Numbered from the stretch's first letter, positions 31,633 through 42,769 are shown. The stretch: DNA of 64,000 bases from an uncultured cyanobacterium (GCA_963744145.1 CAVUSO010000001.1:7072001-7136000), one strand, 5' to 3'. Numbers and translations are program-made. The notes: generated by a model from the letters alone, not told the origin.

Positions 31633-32012
31633 TTGTCCGGATTTGTAGGGGCAAAGCATTTCGGCAGATCAAAATTGCCTAAAACCAGAGAACCATGACC
31701 GAAATGCTTTGCCCTCGGCCATTTATGAATCAAAGCGATCGACTATAGCACAATAGGATTCAGTTAAGAATGTTTTGGGGATCTCGGCGCAGAAAAGGGC
31801 GAAGCATTCGGATCTAGTATTAATTCGTTTAAGTGATCAATTATCGCCCGAATGCTTCGCCCCTACAGTTAACCGAACCGGATTGGATTTTAAGTCCGGA
31901 TTTGTAGGGGCAAAGCATTTCGGCAGATCAGTATTGCTTAAATGAAGAGAACCATGACCGAAATGCTTTGCCCTCGGCCATTTATGAATCAAAGCGATTA
32001 AATTATAGCACA
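31633..32012. repeat. REP-like cluster (GTAGGGGC.AAGCATT.CGG family) with duplicated block of about 115 bp
   Basis: 31633-31750 is nearly identical to 31892-32012; inverted GGGCGAAGCATTCGG...CCGAATGCTTCGCCCCTAC pair between them. Confidence 0.8.
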
Positions 32013-32277
32013 ATACTACCGTCTCCAACTGGCACACTATGACCCAAATCAAATCTGGAAAAATCTGGGGTTCCTTTTTAACCCGATTTAATAATTTAAG
32101 ATTTTTAGCTTGAACTAAGCTGGTTTGTGCTAAAATCCCAATACTCAATTATTATTTGGGGTTTTTCAGGGAAGTAGTCTATTGGCTACAATAGGATTCT
32201 ATCTTTTCCTGAAGCGATCGCTTTTTTTTGTAACTTCCTGATTGCTCGGATTAGTAATTCCTCCTAAAATAAGGGTT

Positions 32278-33129
32278 ATGTCATCAAATAGAATTAATAT
32301 TATCCACCTCTCCGATTTACATTTTGGAACTGAAGACAATGCTAAAATTTGGTCAGGTCAACTTGCAGAAGATGTTGACGAATTGAAGTCGAAGTTTTCC
32401 CATATAGATGTGGTTATTTTATCTGGTGATATTGCTAATAGATCTACACCACCAGAATATAAGGCTGCTAAAATTTTTGTAGATAATATAAAGGAAGAAT
32501 TTAATTTAGAACCTAATCAGATTATTATCGTTCCGGGAAACCACGATCTTAATTGGGATTTAGCAAAAGAATCTTATAATGAATTACAAGATAGACCAAC
32601 ATTTCCAGGTAAAAATCATATTATAAAAACTGAAACAGTAAAAGATATTTTATCCTCAATGATGGCCCTTTTAAATCGTTCTGTTGTAGTTGAAAGATAT
32701 TTTATTAGAGATGACAAAAAATATAAAGATCGCTTCCAACATTTCAGTAAATTCTATGAAGATATCAAAGGAGAACCTTATCCTTTAGAATATGAAGATC
32801 AAGGCATTTTACATTATTATGAGTCCCGAAAACTGCTGATTCTGGGGTTAAATTCTGCTTGGGAATTAGATCATCATTATAAGACTCGTGCTGAAATTAA
32901 CGAAAATGCTATTAATAAAGCATTGAAAACAATTCGCAACAATCCAACTTATCAAGACTGTTTAAAAATCGCAGTATGGCATCATCCACTGCATAGTTCT
33001 TTTGAAGATCGTATTAAAGATCACGGTTTGATCCAAACATTAGCGCGTAGTGGTTTCCGTTTAGCTCTACATGGACATATTCACAAGGTCATGGTGAAAA
33101 TCATTTGTGCGAGTTATTATTGTCTTTGA
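32278..33129 (+). pseudogene. Calcineurin-like metallophosphoesterase domain, apparently truncated after the last metal motif
   Basis: HLSDLHFG, LSGDIAN, VPGNHDL, VWHHP, LHGHIHK motifs; recognisable sequence ends immediately after GHIHK. Confidence 0.7.
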
Positions 33130-33203
33130 ATTTACTAGCTTTTTTATTTCATACTGTTTTGGATTTAGTTAATTACATCTATCAAAAAGTTCGTGAACTA
33201 TTA

Positions 33204-33405
33204 GTACGGGCGTATTGCCATACGCCCCTACTACTTTCTTTAAGGATATTCGGACCTTATTAAAATATTTATGGTTCAAAGATTGGTCAGATTTATTCTC
33301 ATTTATTCTCACCGAGAATGTCCCATTAAAAAAACTAAATTCTAGTTGAAAAATATCAATATATTGAAAGAGGAAGGGTAGGGGCGTATTGCAATACGCC
33401 CGTAC
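33204..33405. repeat. Inverted pair of REP-like palindromes
   Basis: GTACGGGCGTATTGCCATACGCCCCTAC (33204-33231) and GTAGGGGCGTATTGCAATACGCCCGTAC (33378-33405). Confidence 0.8.
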
Positions 33406-33746
33406 TTTTTTATCAAAAAAAACCTAAAAAATGGGTGAGAATTTCATCTGGATGTATCAGTTGAAATCGATTTTTCATGGACAAATTTCTGAAAACTTGT
33501 CTATCTTCAGCGTCGGATGATAATTATCTGTCAAAAAATCATGCTTCGACACAAGTTCTCTATTTAAATAAGAGAATTTTCTCTGATTTTTTTCAAAATG
33601 AGAATTGCTGGTCCGAATGTTCTATAATTGCTTTGTTGTGTTGCTGATGCTGCGATCGGTTTTGGGGCAATTACAGGTAGATTACTCTTACAGATTGTTT
33701 GGTTAGTTTTAGCTATAATATTTTAGAATATAATGGAGTTAGTTAG

Positions 33747-34004
33747 ATGAACAAAATTACCTTAGAAATTCCTGAGAAATTAATGAATCTAATCCGAAAC
33801 AAATCAGAATCGATCGAATCTATTTTACTCAAAGCATTAGAGGATTATTTAGCAAAGGAATCTTTAGATATTACTAAAACTAAAACTTGGGAACTTTGTG
33901 GAAGTTTAGAAATTCCTAATCCTGAACCAGAATTTATTGTTAGTGAGCAAAACTCAGAATTATCCACTAACTACGCTGAAAAAATTGACCAAATTTTATA
34001 TTAA
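33747..34004 (+). CDS. Small acidic hypothetical protein, antitoxin-like
   Basis: 85-aa ORF with GGAG RBS; ITLEIPEKL N-terminus and STNYAEKIDQILY C-terminus resemble cyanobacterial antitoxin-like proteins; no toxin ORF follows. Confidence 0.55.
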   Translation: MNKITLEIPEKLMNLIRNKSESIESILLKALEDYLAKESLDITKTKTWELCGSLEIPNPEPEFIVSEQNSELSTNYAEKIDQILY

Positions 34005-34289
34005 AGTAGAATTATCTGAGCAGTTACAACTACCTGCTGCGATCGCGTTGGGTGATAATTCAATCCGGATCAATTAAGATTTTTTTTGGGAGATACGGGC
34101 GAAGAAGGGCGAAGCATTCGGGTATAATATTAGTCGTTATCAGCGATAATTTTTCGCCCGAATGCTTCGCCCCTACAGGGAAATACAGGGAAATACAGGG
34201 AACTGGGCTGATTGATTGTTGGTTAGGGCGATCGCGAGTCATTAAATAATTTGGTGTAAAATTAAATCAATTCACCGCCAATTGCAAGA

Positions 34290-35252
34290 ATGGATAATCA
34301 AGTTCGCGCTAATTACGATAGTCCTTGGAAAGAAGCTCTCAATTTTTACTTTCCTCAATTTCTGGAGTTTTGTTTTCCCGACATTTACCAAGATATTGAT
34401 TGGGAGCAAGGTTATGAAACCTGGGATACAGAATTACAGGAAATAGTTAGAGATGCCGAAATTGGCGATCGATTAGCGGATAAATTGGTCAAAGTCTATC
34501 TTCGTCAACAGCAACAGGAAGTCTTCCTTTTAGTCCATGTGGAAGTGCAAGGAAGTGTGGACTTAGATTTTCCGAAGCGGATGTTTATCTATAATCATCG
34601 CATTTTCGATCGCTACGATCGCCAAGTAATTAGTCTGGCTGTATTAGGAGACGAGCAAAAATCATGGTCACCCAATAGTTATGGTTATCAGATCCGAGGA
34701 TTTACCAGTTATTTGGAATTTCCAATGGTGAAACTGTTGGACTATCAAGAACAGGGGAACTTACTGGAAGAAAGTACCAATCCCTTTGCTATCATCATTA
34801 TGGCCCATTTAACGGCAAAGAAAACAACCAACCATCCTGAAGAAAGATTTCAAGGAAAATTAAGGATGGTACGCAGATTATATGAACGCGGTTATAATCG
34901 AGAACAAATCCTCGAACTATTTCGGTTAATCGATTGGATGATGGTGTTGCCCCCAGGATTGGAACAAGAGTTTCGGGTTGAATATAAACGTTACCAGGAG
35001 GAACAGAAAATGCCTTATATTACCAGTATTGAACGTTTAGCAAAGGAAGAAGGAAAAGCCGAAGAAAGATTAGTAACAACTCGTCAGCATATCATTGCTA
35101 TCTTGACGATGAGGTTTGGGCAAGTGTCTGAATCATTAACAGCAACGATTAATAAAATTGAAGATTTAGCTCAACTAGAACAGCTTTTACTCCGGAGTGT
35201 TACTATTCTGTCTCTAGCTGATTTTGAACAAGAAATCTCTCCCAATGTTTAG
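34290..35252 (+). CDS. Rpn/YhgA-like PD-(D/E)XK nuclease-family protein
   Basis: YDSPWKEAL..YFPQFLEFCFP, ADKLVKV, LVHVEVQ, FPKRMFIYNHRIFDRY, C-terminal MPYITSIER...EEG domain. Confidence 0.8.
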   Translation: MDNQVRANYDSPWKEALNFYFPQFLEFCFPDIYQDIDWEQGYETWDTELQEIVRDAEIGDRLADKLVKVYLRQQQQEVFLLVHVEVQGSVDLDFPKRMFIYNHRIFDRYDRQVISLAVLGDEQKSWSPNSYGYQIRGFTSYLEFPMVKLLDYQEQGNLLEESTNPFAIIIMAHLTAKKTTNHPEERFQGKLRMVRRLYERGYNREQILELFRLIDWMMVLPPGLEQEFRVEYKRYQEEQKMPYITSIERLAKEEGKAEERLVTTRQHIIAILTMRFGQVSESLTATINKIEDLAQLEQLLLRSVTILSLADFEQEISPNV

Positions 35253-35335
35253 AGAATAAATTTTCTCTGGTTGCTCGCGATCGCGCTTTCTAAATCAGAT
35301 CATTAACTCTGATAAAAATGCGATCGCGTTCAATT

Positions 35336-36232
35336 TTATGCTCCAGCGTGATAAGAACTACGCACTAAAGGACCAGAACGGACATGGGAAAAACCCATAT
35401 TACTAGCGATCGCTCCTAACTGCTCAAATTCTGTGGGAGTCCAATATTTTTGGACGGGAAGATGAGCCAGAGAAGGACGCATATATTGACCAAGAGTCAG
35501 ACGATCGCATCCTACTGCTCGTAAATCTGTCATTGCTGCGATAATTTCTGCTTCAGTTTCCCCATGTCCCAACATTAACCCGGATTTGGTCGGAATAGTT
35601 GGGTCAATTTCCTTGACCCAGCGTAGAACAGCTAGCGATCGCTCGTACTTAGCCCCACGTCGCACTGGACCTTGCAAACGTTGTACGGTTTCAATATTAT
35701 GGTTATAGCAAGCTGGTTGAGCTTGAACTACTGTAGCTACTCTTTGATATTGCTGCTGATCGGCTGTCATCCCAACCGAAACCCCACCCCAGAAATCAGC
35801 CGTCAGGACTTCAATTTGAGTATGGGGATTTAACCGACGTATTGCTTCCATAGTTGCCACAAACCAACTAGCACCAGCATCTGGTAAATCATCTCTAGCA
35901 ACAGAGGTCAGCACTACATATTTTAGTCCTAGCAACTGTACTGATTCAGCTATTTTTTCTGGTTCTTGGGGATCTAACGGTAAGGGGGCATGGCCTTTGT
36001 CTACTTGACAAAAAGCACAGGATCTGGTGCAAATAGGTCCCATGAGGAGAAAAGTTGCCGTTTTTTGGGCATAACATTCGGCTCGATTGGGACAACGACC
36101 TTCCTCACAAATAGTATGAATTTGGCGCTGCTTAATAATTTGTTGTACGGTAGAAATATCACTAGCTTTACCGATCGACCGTCGTAACCAAGGTGGGATT
36201 GTTTCAATCTCAGACCAGCGTTGATTTTTCAT
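35336..36232 (-). CDS. lipA: Lipoyl synthase
   Basis: [20 protein letters not shown] radical-SAM motif, VRSSY C-terminus. Confidence 0.95.
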   Translation of the reverse strand: MKNQRWSEIETIPPWLRRSIGKASDISTVQQIIKQRQIHTICEEGRCPNRAECYAQKTATFLLMGPICTRSCAFCQVDKGHAPLPLDPQEPEKIAESVQLLGLKYVVLTSVARDDLPDAGASWFVATMEAIRRLNPHTQIEVLTADFWGGVSVGMTADQQQYQRVATVVQAQPACYNHNIETVQRLQGPVRRGAKYERSLAVLRWVKEIDPTIPTKSGLMLGHGETEAEIIAAMTDLRAVGCDRLTLGQYMRPSLAHLPVQKYWTPTEFEQLGAIASNMGFSHVRSGPLVRSSYHAGA

Positions 36233-36575
36233 AAGTAGCGTAGATAATTTTCAGTAGATCAGTGGCCATTGTAACCAGAAAAAGATATTTTGATTTGTCC
36301 GTTCCTTGCAGGTGTCGTTAAGTTAGGATAAAAGGCTGAGTATGCTATTGAGTATTTGTGTTAAACATCTAGAAGTTTAGGGAGGCCAAAAAAAATCGTA
36401 TAGTTATTATTACCCTAGTATCAGAGATTTGGTTGAGGTGGGGCTAATTTCTGGGGGGATCGAAACCGTCTCAAAGACTAGATTGATTTTCCCAATATCA
36501 GGATGCAACCACCATCATGTCGTCAAACGACAACTTGAAAATGTAATTTTTACCTAACCACCAGAGGAGTCAGCC

Positions 36576-37178
36576 GTGGCCAATAAGATCCTGGTTATTG
36601 ATGACAGTAAAACCATTCAAAAATTAGTCCGAGATTTATTGCCGAAGGGGAATTTTGAAGTTCTCGAAGCAAAAGATGGCGAAGAAGGACTAAAATTGAT
36701 CGTCCAGGCTCGTCCTAATTTGATTATGTTGGATTTTATCCTACCTAAAGTTACTGGTTGGGAAGTATTTCAGAAAATTCAAAGCCGAAATGAACTGAAA
36801 ACTATTCCCCTGGTAATCATGTCAGGTAGCAAAGAAGAGGTAACGGCGAAAATTCCTGAACCTTTTAAATATTTTGAGTTTATGGGTAAACCTTTTACTC
36901 AGCCCCAAATTGTAGCTGCGATTAAATCTTCAATGGCTAAAGCAGAACTATTGAAGAAAGAGTTAGCCCATGCTGCACCAGCCGCCGCACCAGCCGCCGC
37001 ACCAGCCGCCGCACCAGCCGCCGCACCAGCCACCGCACCAGCCACCGCACCAGCCACCGCAGATAGTGGTGAAATTCAGCAATTAAAAGAACAAATGGCG
37101 AAAATGCAGGCAGAAATAGATGGATTGAAGAAACAATTAACTCAGGTGGTTAACATTATCAAAACTAAGCTGAAATAG
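36576..37178 (+). CDS. Response regulator receiver protein with Ala/Pro linker and C-terminal coiled coil
   Basis: ILVIDDS, IMLDFILP, IMSG, MGKPF receiver motifs. Confidence 0.88.
   Translation: MANKILVIDDSKTIQKLVRDLLPKGNFEVLEAKDGEEGLKLIVQARPNLIMLDFILPKVTGWEVFQKIQSRNELKTIPLVIMSGSKEEVTAKIPEPFKYFEFMGKPFTQPQIVAAIKSSMAKAELLKKELAHAAPAAAPAAAPAAAPAAAPATAPATAPATADSGEIQQLKEQMAKMQAEIDGLKKQLTQVVNIIKTKLK
36975..37058 (+). repeat. 12-bp tandem repeat x7 encoding APAA/APAT
   Basis: GCACCAGCCGCC x4 followed by GCACCAGCCACC x3. Confidence 0.95.
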
Positions 37179-37239
37179 TAGTTAATTACTACGGGTTAGT
37201 CTCAAAATATTAAGCAGTAAAATCAATACTGTTAAGTCC

Positions 37240-38571
37240 ATGTCGTTAAAAATAGCACTGTCTCAACTGTTGTCAGGAACTTCTTTACTGTCGCGGATCA
37301 CGGAAGTGACAGTAAAGTCATCTGTAAAACCACAAAATCCGATCCCGCCTGAACTAGATTATGATTTGGCGATCGCTGGAGGAGGAATTGTGGGCACAAC
37401 TCTAGCCAGTGCTTTGAAGTTATCTGGTTTAAGGGTGCTGTTAATTGAATCACAAAGTAAAGCTGGAGCAGCTAGTAAAGGACAAACCTATGCTATTTCT
37501 TTACTCTCAGGTCGGATTTTTGCTGGGATTGGTGTTTGGGAAAAGATAATTGCTAAAATTGCTACTTTTAGACAAATTCGTCTCTCTGATGCAGATCATT
37601 CTGGGGTGGTACAATTTTACCCCCCAGATTTAGGCACAGAGGAGTTGGGTTATGTCGGAGAACATAGGGCTTTATTAACATCTTTGCAAGAGTTTTTAGA
37701 CCAATGTGCCCATGTCACTTGGTTATGTCCTGCTGAGGTAATTCAGGTAGATTATCAGCCCGATTGGGTAGAAATTGAGGTCAATGTCGCTGGAGAGATC
37801 CGCAAGTTGCGCTCTAAATTGTTAATTGCAGCAGATGGCTCGCGATCGCCCATTCGTGAAGCTGCGGGTATTACTACTCAGGGTTGGAAATACTGGCAAT
37901 CTTGTATTACGACTCGGATTAAGCCAGAAAAACCCCACGATTATATCGCTTATGAGCGATTTTGGCCTAGCGGTCCATTTGCTATTCTCCCTTTACCTGG
38001 CAATTTATGCAATATCGTCTGGACTTCACCTCATGCTGAAGCAAAAGCGTTGATGGAATTAGATGATCAACAATTTATGGCTGAATTGAATCAAAAATAT
38101 GGCGCTCAGATGGGACGCTTAGAAATGGTTGGACCTAGAACGCTGTTTCAAGTCCAGTTAATGCAATGCGATCGCTATGTTTTACCCCGATTAGCTTTAA
38201 TTGGTGATGCTGCCCATTGTTGTCATCCGGTTGGTGGTCAAGGATTGAATATGGGTATTAGAGACGCAGCAGCGATCGCTCAAGTTTTGCAAGAAGCTCA
38301 TCAACGGGGAGAAGATATTGGTGATCTGCGGGTCTTGAAACGCTATGAAAGATGGCGCAAACCAGAAAACTTGGTGATTTTAGGGTTTACAGATTTTTTA
38401 GATCGGTTATTTTCTAATCATTGGTTTCCTTTAGTCCTACTCCGTCGTTTTGGTTTGTGGATCTTGCGAAATATTAGACCGATCAAACTTTTGGCGTTAC
38501 GGTTAATGACGGGTTTGAGTGGTCACAGCCCTAAATTAGCAGTAATTCCCAAAAATTGTCAATCATCCTAA
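37240..38571 (+). CDS. FAD-dependent hydroxylase, UbiH/COQ6 family
   Basis: IAGGGIVG, AADGSRS, IGDAAHCCHPVGGQGLNMGIRD. Confidence 0.9.
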   Translation: MSLKIALSQLLSGTSLLSRITEVTVKSSVKPQNPIPPELDYDLAIAGGGIVGTTLASALKLSGLRVLLIESQSKAGAASKGQTYAISLLSGRIFAGIGVWEKIIAKIATFRQIRLSDADHSGVVQFYPPDLGTEELGYVGEHRALLTSLQEFLDQCAHVTWLCPAEVIQVDYQPDWVEIEVNVAGEIRKLRSKLLIAADGSRSPIREAAGITTQGWKYWQSCITTRIKPEKPHDYIAYERFWPSGPFAILPLPGNLCNIVWTSPHAEAKALMELDDQQFMAELNQKYGAQMGRLEMVGPRTLFQVQLMQCDRYVLPRLALIGDAAHCCHPVGGQGLNMGIRDAAAIAQVLQEAHQRGEDIGDLRVLKRYERWRKPENLVILGFTDFLDRLFSNHWFPLVLLRRFGLWILRNIRPIKLLALRLMTGLSGHSPKLAVIPKNCQSS

Positions 38572-38574
38572 CAA

Positions 38575-38772
38575 TTACTGCTGGGAATACACCAAAGATT
38601 GGTTATATTCTTGGAGATATTTCAGGAAATCTGCCAGCGATCGCAATTTACTTAAAGATAGTTCTTCCTGTTCTTCTACCTGTTCTACAAATCCTAACAG
38701 CGTTGCTGCCCGGAACGCTCCATGCTTATTGATTGATTCTTCCTCACTATTTTGCAAAGTTTTTATCTCCAA
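38575..38772 (-). CDS. Small hypothetical protein
   Basis: 65-aa acidic ORF filling the gap downstream of the ABC-F gene; no motif recognised. Confidence 0.35.
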   Translation of the reverse strand: MEIKTLQNSEEESINKHGAFRAATLLGFVEQVEEQEELSLSKLRSLADFLKYLQEYNQSLVYSQQ

Positions 38773-38794
38773 TATTGGGAAAATATCTCACAAA

Positions 38795-40501
38795 TTAAGT
38801 TTTGCTTTTTGCTTTCTTTTCTTGCTGTTTGGCTTTTTTTGCTGCTGCTTTTGCGTTTTTTTCAGCTTCTAATTTTTCTAAGCGTGCTTTTTCTTTTTCT
38901 TCTTCTATTTTGCTCAAATAATAATGGTAATCACCCCGATATAAAATTAAATCACCATTGCGGATTTCTACAATTTTGTTAGCTACTTGGGAAATAAAAT
39001 AACGATCATGAGAAACCAATATCATCGTCCCATCATAATTTTTGATCGCTGATTCCAGCATCTCTTTCGCAGGAATATCCAGGTGGTTAGTTGGTTCATC
39101 CAAAATTAACAGATTAGCTGGACTTAATAACATTTTTGCCAAAGCTAGACGCGCTTTTTCTCCTCCACTCAAAGCAATAACTTTTTTAAAAACTGTATCA
39201 CCACTAAAAAGAAAACGTCCTAACAGAGTCCGCACTTCTACATCTTTCCACTCTGGTACTTCATCATGGATGGTTTCCATGACAGTTTTATCCAAATCTA
39301 AAGCTTCTGCTTGATTTTGTTCAAAATAACTAGGAATAACGTTATGCTCTCCCAGTTTGACAATTCCTTCTGTCGGTTGCTCCATCCCATTAATTAAATG
39401 TAACAGGGTCGATTTTCCTGCTCCATTTGGACCTAAAAATGCCACCCGATCGCCCCGTTCAATTAATAAGTTTGCTCCTAAAAATAAGATTTTCTCCCCA
39501 TAAGTATGAACTAAATCCTTAATAATTACTACTTCTCGACCACTTCGAGGAGCAGGTGGAAATCGGAAGTGTAAAGTTCTTAAGTCACCTTCCGGTGCTT
39601 CAATTCGCTCAATTTTGTCGAGCTGTTTCTCCCGACTTTTTGCTTGGGTACTGCGTGTAGCACTAGCCCGAAATTTATCAATAAAAACTTGCTGACGTTC
39701 TAATTCTTTTTGTTGACGTTCATAGGCGCTAAATTGAGCTGATTTTTGTTCTTCTTTCTGTTGAAGATAAGCTGAATAATTTCCTAAATAAGTGCTAGAA
39801 ACACCCCGCTCTGTTTCCACTATTTGAGTACAAAGTCGATCTAAAAACTCCCGATCGTGAGAAACAATTACAATCGGAATTGTTAAATTTTTCAAATAAT
39901 TTTCTAACCATTCAATCGTTTCTAAATCCAAATGGTTAGTCGGTTCATCTAATAGCAATAAATCCGGTTTCTGAAGTAAAATTTTACCTAAACTCATCCG
40001 CATTTGCCAACCACCACTAAAGGCACTGACTAAGCGATCGCCATCTTCATTTTCAAACCCCATTTCTGGTAAAATCTTTTCGATTCTTGCTTCTAATTGA
40101 TAACCACTTAATCCTTCAAATTGTCGTTGCAGTTTATCCATTTTATGGATGAGTTGATCTAATTCTTCCCCACTGGAAGTTTCCATTTGGTGATGAACTT
40201 TCGCTAAAGCTGCTTGGACTTCATTTGCTTCTTTAAATACCGTCCAAAATTCCTCTCGCACTGTATGGGCCGGATCTACTTCAAATTCTTGGGTCAGATA
40301 TGCTATATGTAAACTAGCTGGACGAATAATTTCTCCTGCTGTGGGTTCAATTTCACCATTAATGATTTTCAGTTGAGTAGATTTTCCAGCACCATTTACC
40401 CCCACCAACCCAATCCGATCTCCAGGTTTCACCTCCCAGTTGACATCTTTTAAAATTTCTCCAGTTGGATAAACTTTACTTATATGTTCTAAACGTAGCA
40501 T
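38795..40501 (-). CDS. ABC-F family ATP-binding protein
   Basis: Two ABC cassettes (GVNGAGKST/FSGGW/LDEPTNHLD; GPNGAGKST/LSGGE) and no TM segments. Confidence 0.93.
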   Translation of the reverse strand: MLRLEHISKVYPTGEILKDVNWEVKPGDRIGLVGVNGAGKSTQLKIINGEIEPTAGEIIRPASLHIAYLTQEFEVDPAHTVREEFWTVFKEANEVQAALAKVHHQMETSSGEELDQLIHKMDKLQRQFEGLSGYQLEARIEKILPEMGFENEDGDRLVSAFSGGWQMRMSLGKILLQKPDLLLLDEPTNHLDLETIEWLENYLKNLTIPIVIVSHDREFLDRLCTQIVETERGVSSTYLGNYSAYLQQKEEQKSAQFSAYERQQKELERQQVFIDKFRASATRSTQAKSREKQLDKIERIEAPEGDLRTLHFRFPPAPRSGREVVIIKDLVHTYGEKILFLGANLLIERGDRVAFLGPNGAGKSTLLHLINGMEQPTEGIVKLGEHNVIPSYFEQNQAEALDLDKTVMETIHDEVPEWKDVEVRTLLGRFLFSGDTVFKKVIALSGGEKARLALAKMLLSPANLLILDEPTNHLDIPAKEMLESAIKNYDGTMILVSHDRYFISQVANKIVEIRNGDLILYRGDYHYYLSKIEEEKEKARLEKLEAEKNAKAAAKKAKQQEKKAKSKT

Positions 40502-40752
40502 TTATAACCTCTCCATCAATAAGTTAAGCAAAACCGTCACCAGGTATCCACAGTTTCAGGATCACTAAAAACTGTTTGAGCCAAAAAAATAATTATCCCA
40601 GTATTGACCGATTAGATTTTATCTTTACAATAGTTAACAAAATGAGCATCTGTCAAGTTAAATTCGTCCAATTATCCCAATCTTTAACAAGAACTTGCCA
40701 AAGTACAGGTCTAGTGATATCATAGTTGATTGTGTCGAATTAAGGCCAGTCG

Positions 40753-40950
40753 ATGCCCAAACTAAAAACCCGTAAATCTGCCGCTAAACGATTTAGAGCT
40801 ACCGGTAGCGGCAAAATCGTGCGCCGTAAAGCATTTAAAAACCATATGCTCCAGCACAAAACTACTGCTCGTAAAAGTCGTCTATCTAAATTAACTGTAG
40901 TAGATGAACGCGATGAAGAAAATGTGCGGGGTATGCTGCCTTATTTGTAA
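40753..40950 (+). CDS. rpmI: 50S ribosomal protein L35
   Basis: [21 protein letters not shown]...MLPYL. Confidence 0.97.
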   Translation: MPKLKTRKSAAKRFRATGSGKIVRRKAFKNHMLQHKTTARKSRLSKLTVVDERDEENVRGMLPYL

Positions 40951-40986
40951 GTAGCTCACTCAAAATCACTAACTCACTAGAGAAAT

Positions 40987-41343
40987 ATGACAAGGGTAAA
41001 ACGCGGTAACGTTGCTCGCAAACGTCGCAATAAAATTCTCAAACTCGCTAAAGGTTTTCGGGGCTCTCACTCGAAACTGTTTCGGACTGCTAATCAACAG
41101 GTGATGAAAGCATTACGCAATGCTTACCGCGATCGCAAAAAGCGCAAGCGGGATTTCCGTCGTCTGTGGATTACCCGGATTAATGCTACTGCTCGCCTGC
41201 ACGGACTGAGCTATAGTCAATTGATGGGTAAGTTAAAGAAAGCTAATATCGAAATTAATCGCAAAATGTTGGCTCAAATTGCGGTTTTAGATCCCACCGC
41301 TTTCGAGCAAGTCGTGGAATTAGCTAAACAAGCTCAAGCATAA
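40987..41343 (+). CDS. rplT: 50S ribosomal protein L20
   Basis: [26 protein letters not shown]...[14 protein letters not shown]. Confidence 0.97.
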   Translation: MTRVKRGNVARKRRNKILKLAKGFRGSHSKLFRTANQQVMKALRNAYRDRKKRKRDFRRLWITRINATARLHGLSYSQLMGKLKKANIEINRKMLAQIAVLDPTAFEQVVELAKQAQA

Positions 41344-41345
41344 AT

Positions 41346-42146
41346 ATGAAGAATGAAGGCAAAAAAATCATTTTTTTCCTTCTTTCTTTAGTGGGGAGTT
41401 GCTGGTTGGTAACTCTAAATCACTACTCTAGGATAGCTGATGCCGCTGAGTTAACCGAAATTTTGCGGCGCGGTTATTTGATTGTGGGTGTGAAGGATAA
41501 TTGGCGTCCTTTGGGTTTTCGGGATGAAACCGGACATTTGCAAGGACTAGAAATTGATTTAGCCCAAAGACTAGCACTAGAAATCTTGGGACGTGCTGAT
41601 GCAGTTAAGTTGCAGCCCGTGATGAATCGCGATCGCTTGGCTGTGGTGTTAGATGGTCAAGTGGATCTAGTTATTGCAGGAGTAAGTATTACCGAGTCCC
41701 GATCGCGGTTGGTCAGTTTTAGCACTCCCTACTATATAGATAGCACTACCTTTATCGCCCAGAAACCGACGATCCAGACCTTAAAGGATTTAGCTGGACA
41801 GAAAATTGCGGTTTTAAATGGTTCCAGTACGATCGCCATTGTCAAATATTTTTTACCGACAGCCAAATTAATTGGAGTTGATTCCTATCAAGAAGGGCGA
41901 TCGCGACTGAATGACCATAGTGTAGCTGCTTTTGCGGGGGATATGAGTGTGCTAACGGGTTGGGTTCAAGAAAGTCCAGCTACTCACCTGCTCATATCTG
42001 TGCAACTTTCCGCCCAAGCTTTATGTATAGTTATGCCCAAAGGAATCCCATCCGATCATTTACGACGAAAAGTTAATAGGGCGATCGCCCAGTGGGAAAA
42101 TCAAGGTTGGTTACCGGAACGAAGGAAATACTGGGGATTACCATAG
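41346..42146 (+). CDS. Amino-acid ABC transporter substrate-binding protein (family 3)
   Basis: RRGYLIVGVKDN.RPLGF, GLEIDLA, SITESRSRLVSFSTPYY. Confidence 0.85.
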   Translation: MKNEGKKIIFFLLSLVGSCWLVTLNHYSRIADAAELTEILRRGYLIVGVKDNWRPLGFRDETGHLQGLEIDLAQRLALEILGRADAVKLQPVMNRDRLAVVLDGQVDLVIAGVSITESRSRLVSFSTPYYIDSTTFIAQKPTIQTLKDLAGQKIAVLNGSSTIAIVKYFLPTAKLIGVDSYQEGRSRLNDHSVAAFAGDMSVLTGWVQESPATHLLISVQLSAQALCIVMPKGIPSDHLRRKVNRAIAQWENQGWLPERRKYWGLP

Positions 42147-42214
42147 AGTAGCTAACGACCAATCAAAGAGATAATAAATTTGGAAAAAACTTGGATCTCG
42201 AAAGTGAAAACCGT

Positions 42215-42745
42215 ATGGATAGTCCTTTACTAATTATCTATCTCTCTATTTTGCTAGTTTTGTTGAGTGGGGCTGCTTGGGCAGTATTGCGACAAATTTT
42301 AAAAACGCGCCAAATCGAAGTTACTCTGTCCCGATTGCAGAAAAAGTTAAGCAAAGAACCAGGTAAAGCCCAAGAGCATTATGAATTAGGCGGGATACTT
42401 TTAGATAAAAAACTTTTCTCTCAATCGATCGAACAATTCCAAAAAGCTTTGAAAGCTAAAGATTTAGAGGGAGACGAAAACATCGCTCGCATTTACAATG
42501 GGTTGGGGTTTGCTTATGCAGCTAAAGAACAGTATGACCTAGCGATTCGTCAATATAAGGAAGCGCTGAAGCATCGACCAGATTATGTGACCGCGCTCAA
42601 TAACATGGGTTTTGCTTATGAGCGGAAAAATTTAACTTCTCAGGCTTTAGAAGCTTATGAGACAGCTTTAGAATACGATGGGAACAACCGAACCGCTAAA
42701 AAACGTTCAGAATCGATGCGGAAACGGACAGTTACTTCTAATTAA
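42215..42745 (+). CDS. ycf37: Ycf37-like TPR protein (photosystem I assembly)
   Basis: N-terminal TM then TPRs (YNGLGFAYAAKEQYDLAIRQYKEAL..PDYVTALNN); typical position after rplT and the SBP gene. Confidence 0.75.
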   Translation: MDSPLLIIYLSILLVLLSGAAWAVLRQILKTRQIEVTLSRLQKKLSKEPGKAQEHYELGGILLDKKLFSQSIEQFQKALKAKDLEGDENIARIYNGLGFAYAAKEQYDLAIRQYKEALKHRPDYVTALNNMGFAYERKNLTSQALEAYETALEYDGNNRTAKKRSESMRKRTVTSN

Positions 42746-42769
42746 TCAATGCTCTATTCTCATATGATC

